A stretch of DNA of 62,498 bases, the filler included. It is 6 parts of 6 records of this genome, joined end to end, with 100 filler letters (N's around TTAATTAATTAA, not from the genome) between each part and the next. Parts side by side here need not be neighbours in the genome. Positions count along the whole stretch, not along the records: positions 1 to 21,840 come from SRR31156797_12517; 5 more parts are not named here. One strand, given 5' to 3'. Under the pieces are notes generated by a model that was not told where the DNA came from, ran no database searches, and saw only the letters and a program-made list of their open reading frames with translations. The translations under genes were made by a program, and so were the position numbers. The first letter of the stretch is position 1; the number at the start of each line of letters is the position of its first letter. Below, piece after piece: positions 1-8,561 of this stretch.

Positions 1-1573
1 GAATGCAGTATTTTTTCGGGGGGATTACCGCATGACCGGGAAGGATCACACTCGCCCCGAGCTTGGTAAGCCTACGCATCAGGACAAAAAAGTCCTTGGC
101 ACTCTGCTTTGACATTAGGTCTATAAACTTCTTGAGCGTGTCAAAGATAAATACGAAGTCTTTTAGGTCAGCTTGGGACTCGGCCATTTCTTCCAGGTCC
201 GTAATAAGTGAAGCAACGCTTGTTCCCTGATTCACGTCCGGGATTCGAAATCCTATCCCGTGCTTGTCTGCAAACTCCTTCATTCTTTTATGATCACTTG
301 GTGGACTGTCAGCGTCGAAATAATGGACTCTGAGCCCCTTCCTAGCCATCTCTTTACACACGTTGAAGAAAAGAAATGTAGTCTTCCCACCACCTGATTC
401 AGCGATTATGACGAGGATGTGATTTTTGATCAGGAGGTCATCGTATAAAAACTCCTCGTTTCCAAGGTTATCCACGTATTCAGTTTTCACGGCATATTTT
501 TCCAAGATGCTATCTGGTGTTCTGGGTTTCTTCTTTTCCTCCTGGTAGTCGTTATCTCCTCCTGGTGGTCTCCACTCAAGATCTTTGATTTCTACAGCGT
601 GTGCAAAGCGTTCTAAGATAAGGGTATCACCGGAAGGGTTATTTTTAAGCAAGTCATTGAAATCGAGCTTGGCAGGGTGGTCCGTGAAACAGGTGTCGTC
701 AGGAGTGACCAGGAAAGCCCGATTGCTTTCCCGTTTTTGGGTGAACTTTTCAGCCAAAAGGTAAGCTGCTTTCTGTCCAGGCATGGAAGCGGCCACTTTC
801 TTCCTGACCGGATCTGAATCAACCAGGATGTAAATCACCCCTGTTTCATTTGGAAAGATTAGGTTTTTCATCCCTGCTGTGGAAAGAGCAGCTACACCAT
901 TCTTCCCGGTTACTTGCCTGGCAGAGAGAACCGTTTCAATCCCTTCGCCAACAAGTATTGTATCTAAGTCGTTTTTCCTATCAATCCACACACCACGACC
1001 ATGGCTTGCACAGTTGCCGTGCATCTTGGCCCCGGTCTTGGTGTAGTCTTCCTTGTCTATGAATAGGCGTTGGACTGCATAGACGTTTTTATCATCAGGC
1101 TTTGAAGCTGCAGCAACGATCATTCTTACAGTGTCGCCTGATTGTTTATCCTTATAACTTCCCCACCGGAAACAGAGCGGCAAGGGGTCTACATGCAGTG
1201 ACCGGTTAGCAAAATATTTTTTTATATCGCCGTTGTGGTCACTGTCGGCCATCTTCCAAGGGTAGGACACCTTTTCCCCTTTCTCTGGTAAAGGTTTAGA
1301 GGCTGGCTTGGCTTTTAGTGGTGTATAAGTGCTGCTGTTTTCGCCAGGCTTCCACTCAGGCAAGAGCCCCATTCTTCGGAGTTCGTCTTTTATTTCCTTG
1401 TAGTTGCAGCCGGTAAAGCAGTTAACAACAATGCCCCCTTTTCCGTCGTCTTTGACACTTAGAGAGTTGTGCTTATCTCCGTGAACAGGACATCTACAGC
1501 TATACCCAGAGCCATTGGGCTCAGGTTTCCCGTTACTTAAAGCGGATGCTATTTCGTAAGCAGGGGTGGACAT
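1..1573 (-). CDS. Primase-helicase (Zn finger + TOPRIM + AAA/RecA-type helicase), 3'-truncated; absent from ORF track
   Basis: Manual translation from ATG at 1573 (TAATG overlap with the upstream stop): MSTPAYEIAS...CRCPVHGDKHNSL...NCFTGC (Zn finger), ILVGEGIETVLS and LVDSD (TOPRIM), IAESGGGKTT (Walker A), FIFDTLKKF (Walker B). The motifs checked are in one frame, which stays open to the window edge. Confidence 0.9.
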   Translation of the reverse strand, partial: MSTPAYEIASALSNGKPEPNGSGYSCRCPVHGDKHNSLSVKDDGKGGIVVNCFTGCNYKEIKDELRRMGLLPEWKPGENSSTYTPLKAKPASKPLPEKGEKVSYPWKMADSDHNGDIKKYFANRSLHVDPLPLCFRWGSYKDKQSGDTVRMIVAAASKPDDKNVYAVQRLFIDKEDYTKTGAKMHGNCASHGRGVWIDRKNDLDTILVGEGIETVLSARQVTGKNGVAALSTAGMKNLIFPNETGVIYILVDSDPVRKKVAASMPGQKAAYLLAEKFTQKRESNRAFLVTPDDTCFTDHPAKLDFNDLLKNNPSGDTLILERFAHAVEIKDLEWRPPGGDNDYQEEKKKPRTPDSILEKYAVKTEYVDNLGNEEFLYDDLLIKNHILVIIAESGGGKTTFLFFNVCKEMARKGLRVHYFDADSPPSDHKRMKEFADKHGIGFRIPDVNQGTSVASLITDLEEMAESQADLKDFVFIFDTLKKFIDLMSKQSAKDFFVLMRRLTKLGASVILPGHAVIPPKKYCI

Positions 1574-1992
1574 TATTGATCCTCCCGCAAAAATACTTCC
1601 CCAATTTCCACGGCTGCATCAAGTCCTGGAAGGCTCAACTGCTTGCCGGTTGTCCGTAAAACATACAGCCCAACACGGTGCAGGTTCCCCTCTTGGGTCG
1701 TGTCATCCACCCATAAGGTTTCAATTTGATACCCTCTTGCTCTAAGCTCTTTGATGCGAGCTGCAAGACGCAATACGTCAAGTTCGTGAAGGGCTTGCAA
1801 TGCTGTAAGGGGACCTTTGTTGCGCAGCCACAAAAGCACACGCTTCTGTTGCGAAGCTGTTGAACTGTCAGTAACAACTTGATAATCTGACGGTTTTGAT
1901 ATATCTTGTGACCGTGAATCTAAAGCCGTATCTTTCATGGTGCCAGCCATACAGGGAGATGCGGCTTTGCTATTGTTGCTCATTAGTTCCAC
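1573..1992 (-). CDS. Winged helix-turn-helix protein (HTH_39-like, phage/satellite type)
   Basis: QQKRVLLWLRNKGPLTALQALHELDVLRLAARIKELRARGYQIET motif; stop overlaps the primase start; exact start uncertain. Confidence 0.8.
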   Translation of the reverse strand: MELMSNNSKAASPCMAGTMKDTALDSRSQDISKPSDYQVVTDSSTASQQKRVLLWLRNKGPLTALQALHELDVLRLAARIKELRARGYQIETLWVDDTTQEGNLHRVGLYVLRTTGKQLSLPGLDAAVEIGEVFLREDQ

Positions 1993-2204
1993 AACCTCCC
2001 TGCCGATAACCTACAGAAATTTGCGCTTACCTGACTAAAAAATACCACAGGGTATTCAGGTTGTTGCATCAATCCCTGTGATTGCTGGGCGTTGGCATAA
2101 ATGATTTTTCGGTTTGCGGCTTTCTCTTCTTCCCGATATTTCGCCAATACAGGGTCAAAGTCACCACCAAAATACTCTTCAAAAATTTTACCCATAAGGT
2201 ACAC
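1983..2204 (-). CDS. Hypothetical protein (73 aa)
   Basis: Tightly packed between co-oriented island genes. Confidence 0.5.
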   Translation of the reverse strand: MYLMGKIFEEYFGGDFDPVLAKYREEEKAANRKIIYANAQQSQGLMQQPEYPVVFFSQVSANFCRLSAGRLWN

Positions 2205-2206
2205 CC

Positions 2207-3179
2207 CTAGTATGGCCGTGAATTACCGAAAGTGTTTAGCAATCGGTTCTGCTTTCTTTCCTTGTCTTCCTCCATATCATCAGAGTGTTTTTTCCTTCCG
2301 CGAAAGAATTTCAGCACAGGGTTTTCCCGTGATAACTTTGCACCAGGAACACCACCGACAGGCGCACCGGGTTGTGCCCATGTCGCTTTTTCAGCTTCTT
2401 TTCGTACTTTTGTCTCATCTCGCTTTCCTTTTATTTCTTTTGCCCGACGTTCTATTTCGAGCAACTGCGCACCAGATATGACGCCCTTGGCTCTTACGTC
2501 CGCCATTTCTTGGGAAAACTCATCCGCCCCTTGTGAAAGTTCATCGACTTCAGCGTCGGCAAGTTTTTGGGCAACATCTTCGATCATACGAGGAGGGAGC
2601 GTTCGTGTTCTCTTTGGCGCCTCTTGACCGATGGCTTGGTAGAAAAGTTTCTCCGCTCGCACATCGAGTTCCTCTAGCTCGTAAGCTGTGGGTTGTCTCA
2701 TCGAATCTTGACCAAGGACTTCCAGGGCTGCCTGTTCACGGGCAGCTGTTTTGAGTTGCATTTCCTCCGATGCGGACAGGCCGCTATGTCGTGGAATCCC
2801 GACAACCGCGTTATGTTGTTCACGGGTAATGTCTCCGTTTTCAAGCAGGCCTCCGTAAAAATTTATCTTTTCCATGAAAGCGGATGGTTGCCGATTATCC
2901 AGTGCGGTTTGCTGGTCAGCAAGTTGATTGTCTACCCTCAGCACGTATCGTATCGTGCCTGGTGTTAGCGGTTTCGATGTCGGTGAGTTGGTCAGCACGG
3001 TTACGGTCGTACTTTTCTTGTTCCTGGGTTGCTGCCCACTCACGGCGAACCTTTTCCCGGTTTGCTTGTCGTTGATCCTGGGCAGCCATGAGGGCATTTT
3101 TTTCAAGAGCACTGCCCATGCCTGCCATGCCTTTGCCTAATCCTTCCAAAAGGCCCATCATTCCGTCGTAGTTGCTCAT
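2207..3179 (-). pseudogene. Frameshifted ~320-aa helical/coiled-coil phage-type protein (ORFs 2916-3179 and 2207-~2935)
   Basis: N-terminal part MSNYDGMMGLLEGLGKGMAGMGSAL...IRAE joins VDNQLADQQTALDNR... if one G is removed from GAGGGTAG (2935-2937). Confidence 0.6.
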
Positions 3180-3182
3180 AGA

Positions 3183-3443
3183 CTAAGCCCCCACCTTTGC
3201 GATCAACCAATCTACAAGGCTGGGGACAGGATAACACCACTGCCTTCCTAATCTGAACCCACCCGCAGGGCCCAACCCAAGGTAATCTGCATTTGCCATG
3301 GTCCCAACCGTATAAAGCCCTCCTGTGAAAAATGGGACTTGAGACCTTGGAACAAAAGTCGAAGACCACTCTTCACCGGCCTGCTTAATCAGTGCAACAA
3401 TCGCCGCTAACTCATCTTTGTTTAATTTGCTTTTTTTACCCAT
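3183..3443 (-). CDS. AlpA/excisionase-like DNA-binding protein
   Basis: TMANADYLGLGPAGGFRLGRQWCYPVPSLVDWL pattern; GGAGA ribosome-binding site upstream; first gene of the replication operon. Confidence 0.7.
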   Translation of the reverse strand: MGKKSKLNKDELAAIVALIKQAGEEWSSTFVPRSQVPFFTGGLYTVGTMANADYLGLGPAGGFRLGRQWCYPVPSLVDWLIAKVGA

Positions 3444-3484
3444 CCATATTCTCCAGTTATTTATTCACTGTCAGATTTTTTCCC

Positions 3485-3530
3485 AAAAAAAAGCCCGGTC
3501 AAGAGGGTATTCTCCTCATGACCGGGCTTT
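3485..3530 (-). terminator. Intrinsic terminator/attenuator upstream of the alpA-like gene
   Basis: AAAGCCCGGTCA...TGACCGGGCTTT stem followed by a long U run on the minus strand. Confidence 0.7.
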
Positions 3531-4108
3531 CAGTAGTCTCCCAAATGTCTTTTACAGTCGGGTCAACTGTTCCTCCTGGTAGTAGTTGCTCTATTGAGTT
3601 ACTGCTCGTGTCCTTCTGCACACTCATGAGGGGGGGGGGGGTGCTATTTACACGACCAAGTATTTATGTCATTTTTTTTACAATTCGTTTTTCTTGAATT
3701 AAGATCAAGCTAAAGCATTTAGCCTACCTTGTAAACAAAAATAGCACCCCTTAACCCTCGCAACCTGTTGAAATTACGAGATAAAAGTAAACTAATAGTT
3801 TACACCACAAATATTATCCTCGCGTAACATGTGGAATTGAGGTTCTTTTTTCACTGGGCAAAACTGAATGACAATGGGTAAAAAAGTAACACTAAAAACA
3901 ACGTGAAAAACTGACAAAAGGGAGGGCGAATGCTACTACCACCTGCAGACGCCACAACCAGTACTAATTACAGTGACAGGGGGTATAATAGGAGGCAGCT
4001 GCTAAAGAAACCTTGAAAAATGGGACCGGGCAGCCGTCATGGTTAACGGCTTTTCGGCAAAGGTGATCAGCCAGAGCCTATCCCGACACTTGATATAACG
4101 AGCGCAAT

Positions 4109-4140
4109 AAAAAAAAGCCCGCGGCGGGTGCCGTGGGCTT
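4109..4140 (-). terminator. Intrinsic terminator of the hicAB operon
   Basis: AAGCCCGCGGC-GGGT-GCCGTGGGCTT hairpin plus A8 run (U-tract on minus), 43 nt after the third gene. Confidence 0.75.
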
Positions 4141-4183
4141 GGGGATGTTTATTTTTGACAACAGTGTAGTCGAAAATGAGGGG

Positions 4184-4618
4184 TTATTCTTTTTCGTCTG
4201 GAGGCCCTTCAACAACAAAAAAAGGAATAACTGTTGCAGGCTTCCACTTTTTTCCATTTTCAGATTTATAGTCAATAAACATTAACCAGTGTCCAAACTG
4301 AGGGACAGGCGTTGAGGATATGTTAACTCTCGCTACAAGCTCAAGGGAATTTTCTTTTATCTCTAAAAGCAATTTCCCTAGGCTCTTTTTGCTTTTTATT
4401 CCCGGCCCCTTTATGGAAATTTTAACCTCAAAGACCTCTGGTTGTGCGTCGTCGTAGCCATCTCTAATCCATTTTGAGACTAGCTTGAATTGAGGAATAT
4501 TAGGTTCTCCTCCGTGCTTGTTAATTGCTGTATCAACGACATCTATGAAAGACTGGGTTCCAGTTTCATCGTCCACGATTACCCTCAAACAAGGGACCGA
4601 CATTACGTGCGAAGGCAT
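4184..4618 (-). CDS. Beta-rich hypothetical protein (DUF6941-like), third gene of the hicAB operon
   Basis: CLRVIVDDETGTQSFIDV N-terminal motif; AAGGAGG RBS embedded in the hicB 3' end; 16-nt overlap with hicB. Confidence 0.7.
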   Translation of the reverse strand: MPSHVMSVPCLRVIVDDETGTQSFIDVVDTAINKHGGEPNIPQFKLVSKWIRDGYDDAQPEVFEVKISIKGPGIKSKKSLGKLLLEIKENSLELVARVNISSTPVPQFGHWLMFIDYKSENGKKWKPATVIPFFVVEGPPDEKE

Positions 4619-5136
4619 ACATCCTCCTTTTTAAGTTTGCCGGTAACAGCACGCTTAATTCCATGGAACGACGATTCAGCACCAACCATACCCGCAACCC
4701 GTTCGCCAAAGCTTCGCTCTACAACAACTACTTTTGAATCTCGTACCTTTTCGGCTAAACCGTCTATCCGTTTTTCAAGTCGTTTGGCAACACTCCCTGC
4801 ACCTTGTCTTCCCGAAAGGGTTGATACAATATAAGTGTTCATTGAAACGCCTTCACTATCGGCAGAAAGGGAAAGTTCTTTATGTAGAGATTTTGGCATT
4901 CTCAAGCGCACTTGCCCACTGTATTCTTGTTCCTGGCGGCGCTGTGGTTTGGGTGCAGATATTCCATCGTCGCTTAAAGAAACAAGCGCCATTTCAAGTA
5001 CCACTTTTGCATCAGCAACAGCTTCTTCGTATGTTCCTCCGAAGGCTGAGAGGTTTGGGAATTCATGAAAAGTGACAACGAAACATTCGTCTTCCTCGCT
5101 CCATACTATATTCATTGAATATCTACTTGTATCCAT
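4603..5136 (-). CDS. hicB: HicB antitoxin with ~67-aa C-terminal extension
   Basis: WSEEDECFVVTFHEFPNLSAFGGTYEEAV (HicB N-domain) and YSGQVRLRMPKSLH...EGVSMNTYI (RHH). Confidence 0.92.
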   Translation of the reverse strand: MDTSRYSMNIVWSEEDECFVVTFHEFPNLSAFGGTYEEAVADAKVVLEMALVSLSDDGISAPKPQRRQEQEYSGQVRLRMPKSLHKELSLSADSEGVSMNTYIVSTLSGRQGAGSVAKRLEKRIDGLAEKVRDSKVVVVERSFGERVAGMVGAESSFHGIKRAVTGKLKKEDVCLRT

Positions 5137-5138
5137 AT

Positions 5139-5399
5139 TTACTCCGCCAACCCATTGTCATCTATAAAATTTACCAACTGGCGTACCTGGAAGAGTTTTG
5201 CCATTTTTTTATCGCCAACGCGTGGCTGAAAGTTCATGAACCCGTAAGGATCATCATGGCGCTTGTACTGAAAGTGGCCTCCAGACGTCCTGTCATGCTC
5301 GAAACCATAAAGCTCTGCAAGTTTTTTTATTTCTTTAAACTTGATGCCTTGAGGGTTCTGCTTGGCTTTTTGGTATAATTTTTTCGCCTTTTCGCTCAT
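5139..5399 (-). CDS. hicA: HicA mRNA interferase toxin
   Basis: NPQGIKFKEIKKLAELYGF..RTSGGHFQY with the conserved His, and AKLFQVRQ; immediately upstream of hicB; start placed at ATG 5399. Confidence 0.9.
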   Translation of the reverse strand: MSEKAKKLYQKAKQNPQGIKFKEIKKLAELYGFEHDRTSGGHFQYKRHDDPYGFMNFQPRVGDKKMAKLFQVRQLVNFIDDNGLAE

Positions 5400-5467
5400 G
5401 GTACCCCTGGTACCACATACGGTACCATGTGTAGTCATATTATCTATCAAGTATTACAGATTGTCAA
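5397..5467 (-). promoter_or_regulatory. sigma70 promoter and probable HicB operator
   Basis: TTGACA (5467-5462), 17 nt, GATAAT (5444-5439); three GGTACC palindromes (5400, 5409, 5421) forming CATGGTACC...GGTACCATG across the start codon. Confidence 0.75.
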
Positions 5468-5825
5468 CCCGCTACATGTTGTACATATTCAACAAAGCGT
5501 GGTTCATATTTTGTGTACCACAAAACCACACTTCCGACTAAACATACTGATTCAACAAAAAAAACATGGTTATTAAAAGCGCGTTCCCCATTTACGGCCG
5601 ACAACCGCCACAAGGCTCATGCTCAACCCTAATCGCCTCTCCCCGGCTACCAAACCCAGCAGCACAGCTCTTATAGTTATAATCCCCACAACCAGGACGG
5701 AGGAATTTCCGACTACTCACACTGCCATGGTGATGACCAGCTTCTTGCTATCACCACCCTGCCGCTTCGCTTTCCGCCACTCCCACTGCGGCATAATATA
5801 AGCCTACCATTTGCCGAGTTTCTTA

Positions 5826-6920
5826 CTATTCGCGTTCACCGTCATAATATGGGACCATCGCCTTAATTTGGTCTGAGAAATTATATATCTCATCAAGGCT
5901 ACTTATTGGGTGCCTTGTCTCTTTTTTTTGGTCATCAAAAACACCAATATATTTTTGAGCTGTATTTAAATGGAGCCTGCAGATAGGTTTACGGTTGCTG
6001 TCGTCTAGAATAATGCCAAAATAGCTTTTAGTGTCTCGGTGATACACTCTCTCAATATCAACAACTTCTCTTAGTATAGCTCTGGCAACATAATAACCTT
6101 CCAACTCTTCTTGTGTAGTATCTATTCCGTTGTCTTTTACCCCTTCACCATCAACGTTATCATCAGCAACTAGTACGGCTCCATCAGTGGCATCGTCTTC
6201 AGGTTGCCCACCAAGAGCCGTTTTAAGACGATCATTTATTTGATCATTTACAAATTGCTTGAAAGCTTTTTTCACAATACCTGAGAACTGATCCAGTACT
6301 TGTTGAGTCTTCATTCCTGCATAAACTTGTCCCACACAAAAACGAACAAATTCAACAGAAGGCGTTTGCGCTTCACCGGCAAGGATATTCTTAATAGCCC
6401 TTACGTATTTAAGCTCGCTGGCAGTGGTGAGCATCTTGTCCAGCTCGAAAGAGAATTTAGTGAGTTTTTTCAATTCTGGGATGAGTTGCGTATCGAGGTT
6501 TAGAATATCGATCTCCATAAACGGCTTTTGGTCCATTATGTTGGACTCTTCTAAATCCGAATAAAAATAGTAAGACCTACCGTTGGTCAGGACACCTATT
6601 CTGGCCTCGGTTACATGGAAATATCTACGCAGTTGGGCAGCATGAACCTTATCAAGCTCTGTATCACAACATTTACACTCGAATAACATTGAAGGCTTAT
6701 CATCAATGCAAATTGCATAATCAACCTTCTCGCCCTTTTTGCTACCTACATCTGCCGTGAACTCAGGGATAACCTCAGCCGGATCGAAAACATCATAACC
6801 AAGTGTCTGTATAAATGGCATTACGAAGGCATTTTTAGTCGCCTCCTCAGTATTGATGTTACCGATTTGTTTTTCCATTCTAGCAGCAATAGCCTGCAGT
6901 TGATCAACAAAGTCCATCAC
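5826..6920 (-). CDS. Stand-alone type I restriction HsdR N-terminal (PD-(D/E)xK) domain protein, prophage type
   Basis: TEEATKNAFVMPFIQTLGYDVF...EKVDYAI...LFECK...QLRRYF...LTNG; GGAGG RBS. Confidence 0.85.
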   Translation of the reverse strand: MMDFVDQLQAIAARMEKQIGNINTEEATKNAFVMPFIQTLGYDVFDPAEVIPEFTADVGSKKGEKVDYAICIDDKPSMLFECKCCDTELDKVHAAQLRRYFHVTEARIGVLTNGRSYYFYSDLEESNIMDQKPFMEIDILNLDTQLIPELKKLTKFSFELDKMLTTASELKYVRAIKNILAGEAQTPSVEFVRFCVGQVYAGMKTQQVLDQFSGIVKKAFKQFVNDQINDRLKTALGGQPEDDATDGAVLVADDNVDGEGVKDNGIDTTQEELEGYYVARAILREVVDIERVYHRDTKSYFGIILDDSNRKPICRLHLNTAQKYIGVFDDQKKETRHPISSLDEIYNFSDQIKAMVPYYDGERE

Positions 6921-7398
6921 TATAACCTCCTGAATTTTCTGATAAGAACTCCAAGAGACTACATCTTAAAAAGTAACTGTGCAATTGCAGAAAGCCCCAC
7001 CACACCAAAAAAACAACAGAACTACAGAGTAGTACCCCACAATGTGTTATTTAGGTTTTGGCACAAGAACAGGATGGAAAAGTATATCATTTTGATAAAA
7101 GGTGAGAATGTAGCTATCCCACCAAAAAAAAGTAAAATCTACTATCGGGACATCCCGTAACAATCTCACCCTGAAAAAAACAAATGGTGGAGAGGGTTGC
7201 CCTCACAGGAGCAATGCGTGAAAGAACTAGAAAAAGAGGTCAACAACGAACACACCCAGCCTTGCCGGGTGTTAGGTAATCCCTATCAGATACTGTACTT
7301 CCTGGCCAGAAACTGGAAGTTTTTCTCTTGGTTGTAGATTCCTTAGAAATAATCAGGCCCAACGTTAATTTAAAACACGGTGACAAAAATTTAAAAAC

Positions 7399-7467
7399 GA
7401 GGGACAGGTGAGGGACAAGCAGACCTACCAACAAAAAAGGAGTCAAGTCAAACTGACTTAACTCCTT
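7399..7467. promoter_or_regulatory. att-adjacent signals: GAGGGACA direct repeats (possible integrase arm sites) and hairpin after the tRNA
   Basis: GAGGGACA at 7399-7406 and 7410-7417; AAGGAGTCAAGTCA-AAC-TGACTTAACTCCTT at 7437-7467. Confidence 0.55.
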
Positions 7468-7475
7468 AATATAAC

Positions 7476-7552
7476 TGGCACGCCCGGAGGGATTCGAACC
7501 CCCGACTCTCGGATTCGAAGTCCGATGCTCTATCCAGCTGAGCTACGGGCGC
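7476..7552 (-). tRNA. tRNA-Arg(UCG)
   Basis: GCGCCCGTAGCTCAGCTGGATAGAGCATCGGACTTCGAATCCGAGAGTCGGGGGTTCGAATCCCTCCGGGCGTGCCA; 77 nt cloverleaf, anticodon TCG, encoded CCA. Confidence 0.97.
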
Positions 7553-7620
7553 ACGCGAGTTTATGGTCTATTCAGTTGCGTCCACATGGACGCAGGGATG
7601 TAACTTTGCGGCCTGTTCCT

Positions 7621-7854
7621 TCAGGTAACCAGCTGCAAGGGCTGGTAGCTCCCTGTGGTTACAGGAACAGAATGTCCCATTATACTCTGTAGAGTTTTTA
7701 AGTCAACCCCGACGACGGTAGCATTCGTGACAAAGGAATGTCTTAATAAATGATGATGGACATGTCTGTCAAGTCCTGCTTGCAATACCGCGCGATCTAG
7801 TACATTTTTCATCGAAAAAAACCGCTTTTCGTCTAAATATTGACTGACAGGCAA
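7621..7854 (-). pseudogene. Tyrosine recombinase C-terminal remnant
   Basis: AGLDRHVHHHLLRHSFVT...LQSIMGHS...TTGSY catalytic box only; N-terminal domains absent. Confidence 0.8.
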
Positions 7855-8021
7855 CCATCGTATCTATTTTTTAACAAGCTGCTGATAATTTTGCTTGGAC
7901 CTGCCGCACCAGGAGTAACATCTTTAACTCATAATTTAGTTGACTGGACTTTTATTGGTTGCCAGAAGTCAACTCTGCTTCACAAGAGAGAAGAGAAAAC
8001 AGTGATTACGCAATCATTTTT

Positions 8022-8561
8022 TTATGGATGGAGCAGTAGTGGGGGCTGCTTACTTACTTGGCGTAAGGCTGTCAGCAAAATTTCCGGATCAATATAGGCA
8101 GCCATGCGATCCCTGTTTTTTTCAAGCACCGGGACGGCTTTAGCCGATATTTTTACGGCTGCTGCATCATAGCCGCACTCCAACTTAATATAAACCCCTG
8201 CCGCACGGATCATTGCCTGGAGCAACAGCTTCTCGTCACCTGCAGCCCGCAACCATGCATGTTCCAAAATTTCGTGTACTTCAAAAAAAAGCCCCAGGTC
8301 CCAAAGCACTAACCCCCGCCATAAAGGATCGGTATTTTCACTGACGGATATCACGCCGAGCGCCTGCTCATATTTATGGAGTCGCGTGGCAATGTAGTCG
8401 ATATAACACTTCGACAGGTCTCTGCTCTGGAATTGCGTTGCAACCTTTTGAGCCGGCGCAAGACTTTTTTCCTTAAGCACAGCCACCAGAGACTCGGATA
8501 ACGCATTGCGGATATCTCGGCTCAGTCGATCCATAAACGGTTCAAATGTTTTTTCTTTCAT
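8022..8561 (-). CDS. DUF309 family protein
   Basis: GLVLWDLGLFFEVHEILEHAW...LQAMIRAA motif. Confidence 0.8.
   Translation of the reverse strand: MKEKTFEPFMDRLSRDIRNALSESLVAVLKEKSLAPAQKVATQFQSRDLSKCYIDYIATRLHKYEQALGVISVSENTDPLWRGLVLWDLGLFFEVHEILEHAWLRAAGDEKLLLQAMIRAAGVYIKLECGYDAAAVKISAKAVPVLEKNRDRMAAYIDPEILLTALRQVSKQPPLLLHP

Larger units (their letters stand above)
1..7475 (-). mobile_element. Phage-satellite-like integrative island downstream of tRNA-Arg (left part runs off the window)
   Basis: All genes read away from the tRNA 3' end: HsdR_N nuclease, hicAB operon, AlpA-like, HTH and primase-helicase. A hairpin and GAGGGACA direct repeats lie next to the tRNA. No integrase, structural genes or second att site are visible in the part present. 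Confidence 0.7.

Noticed and set aside
5600-5810. Possible small ORF between the nuclease gene and hicA
   Set aside because: The plus-strand 60-aa ORF has no RBS or motif, and the minus-strand hydrophobic frame is interrupted by a stop.
7476-7552. tRNA-Arg with UCG anticodon as a sign of recoding
   Set aside because: This isoacceptor is normal in many bacteria, and the genes here translate with the standard code.
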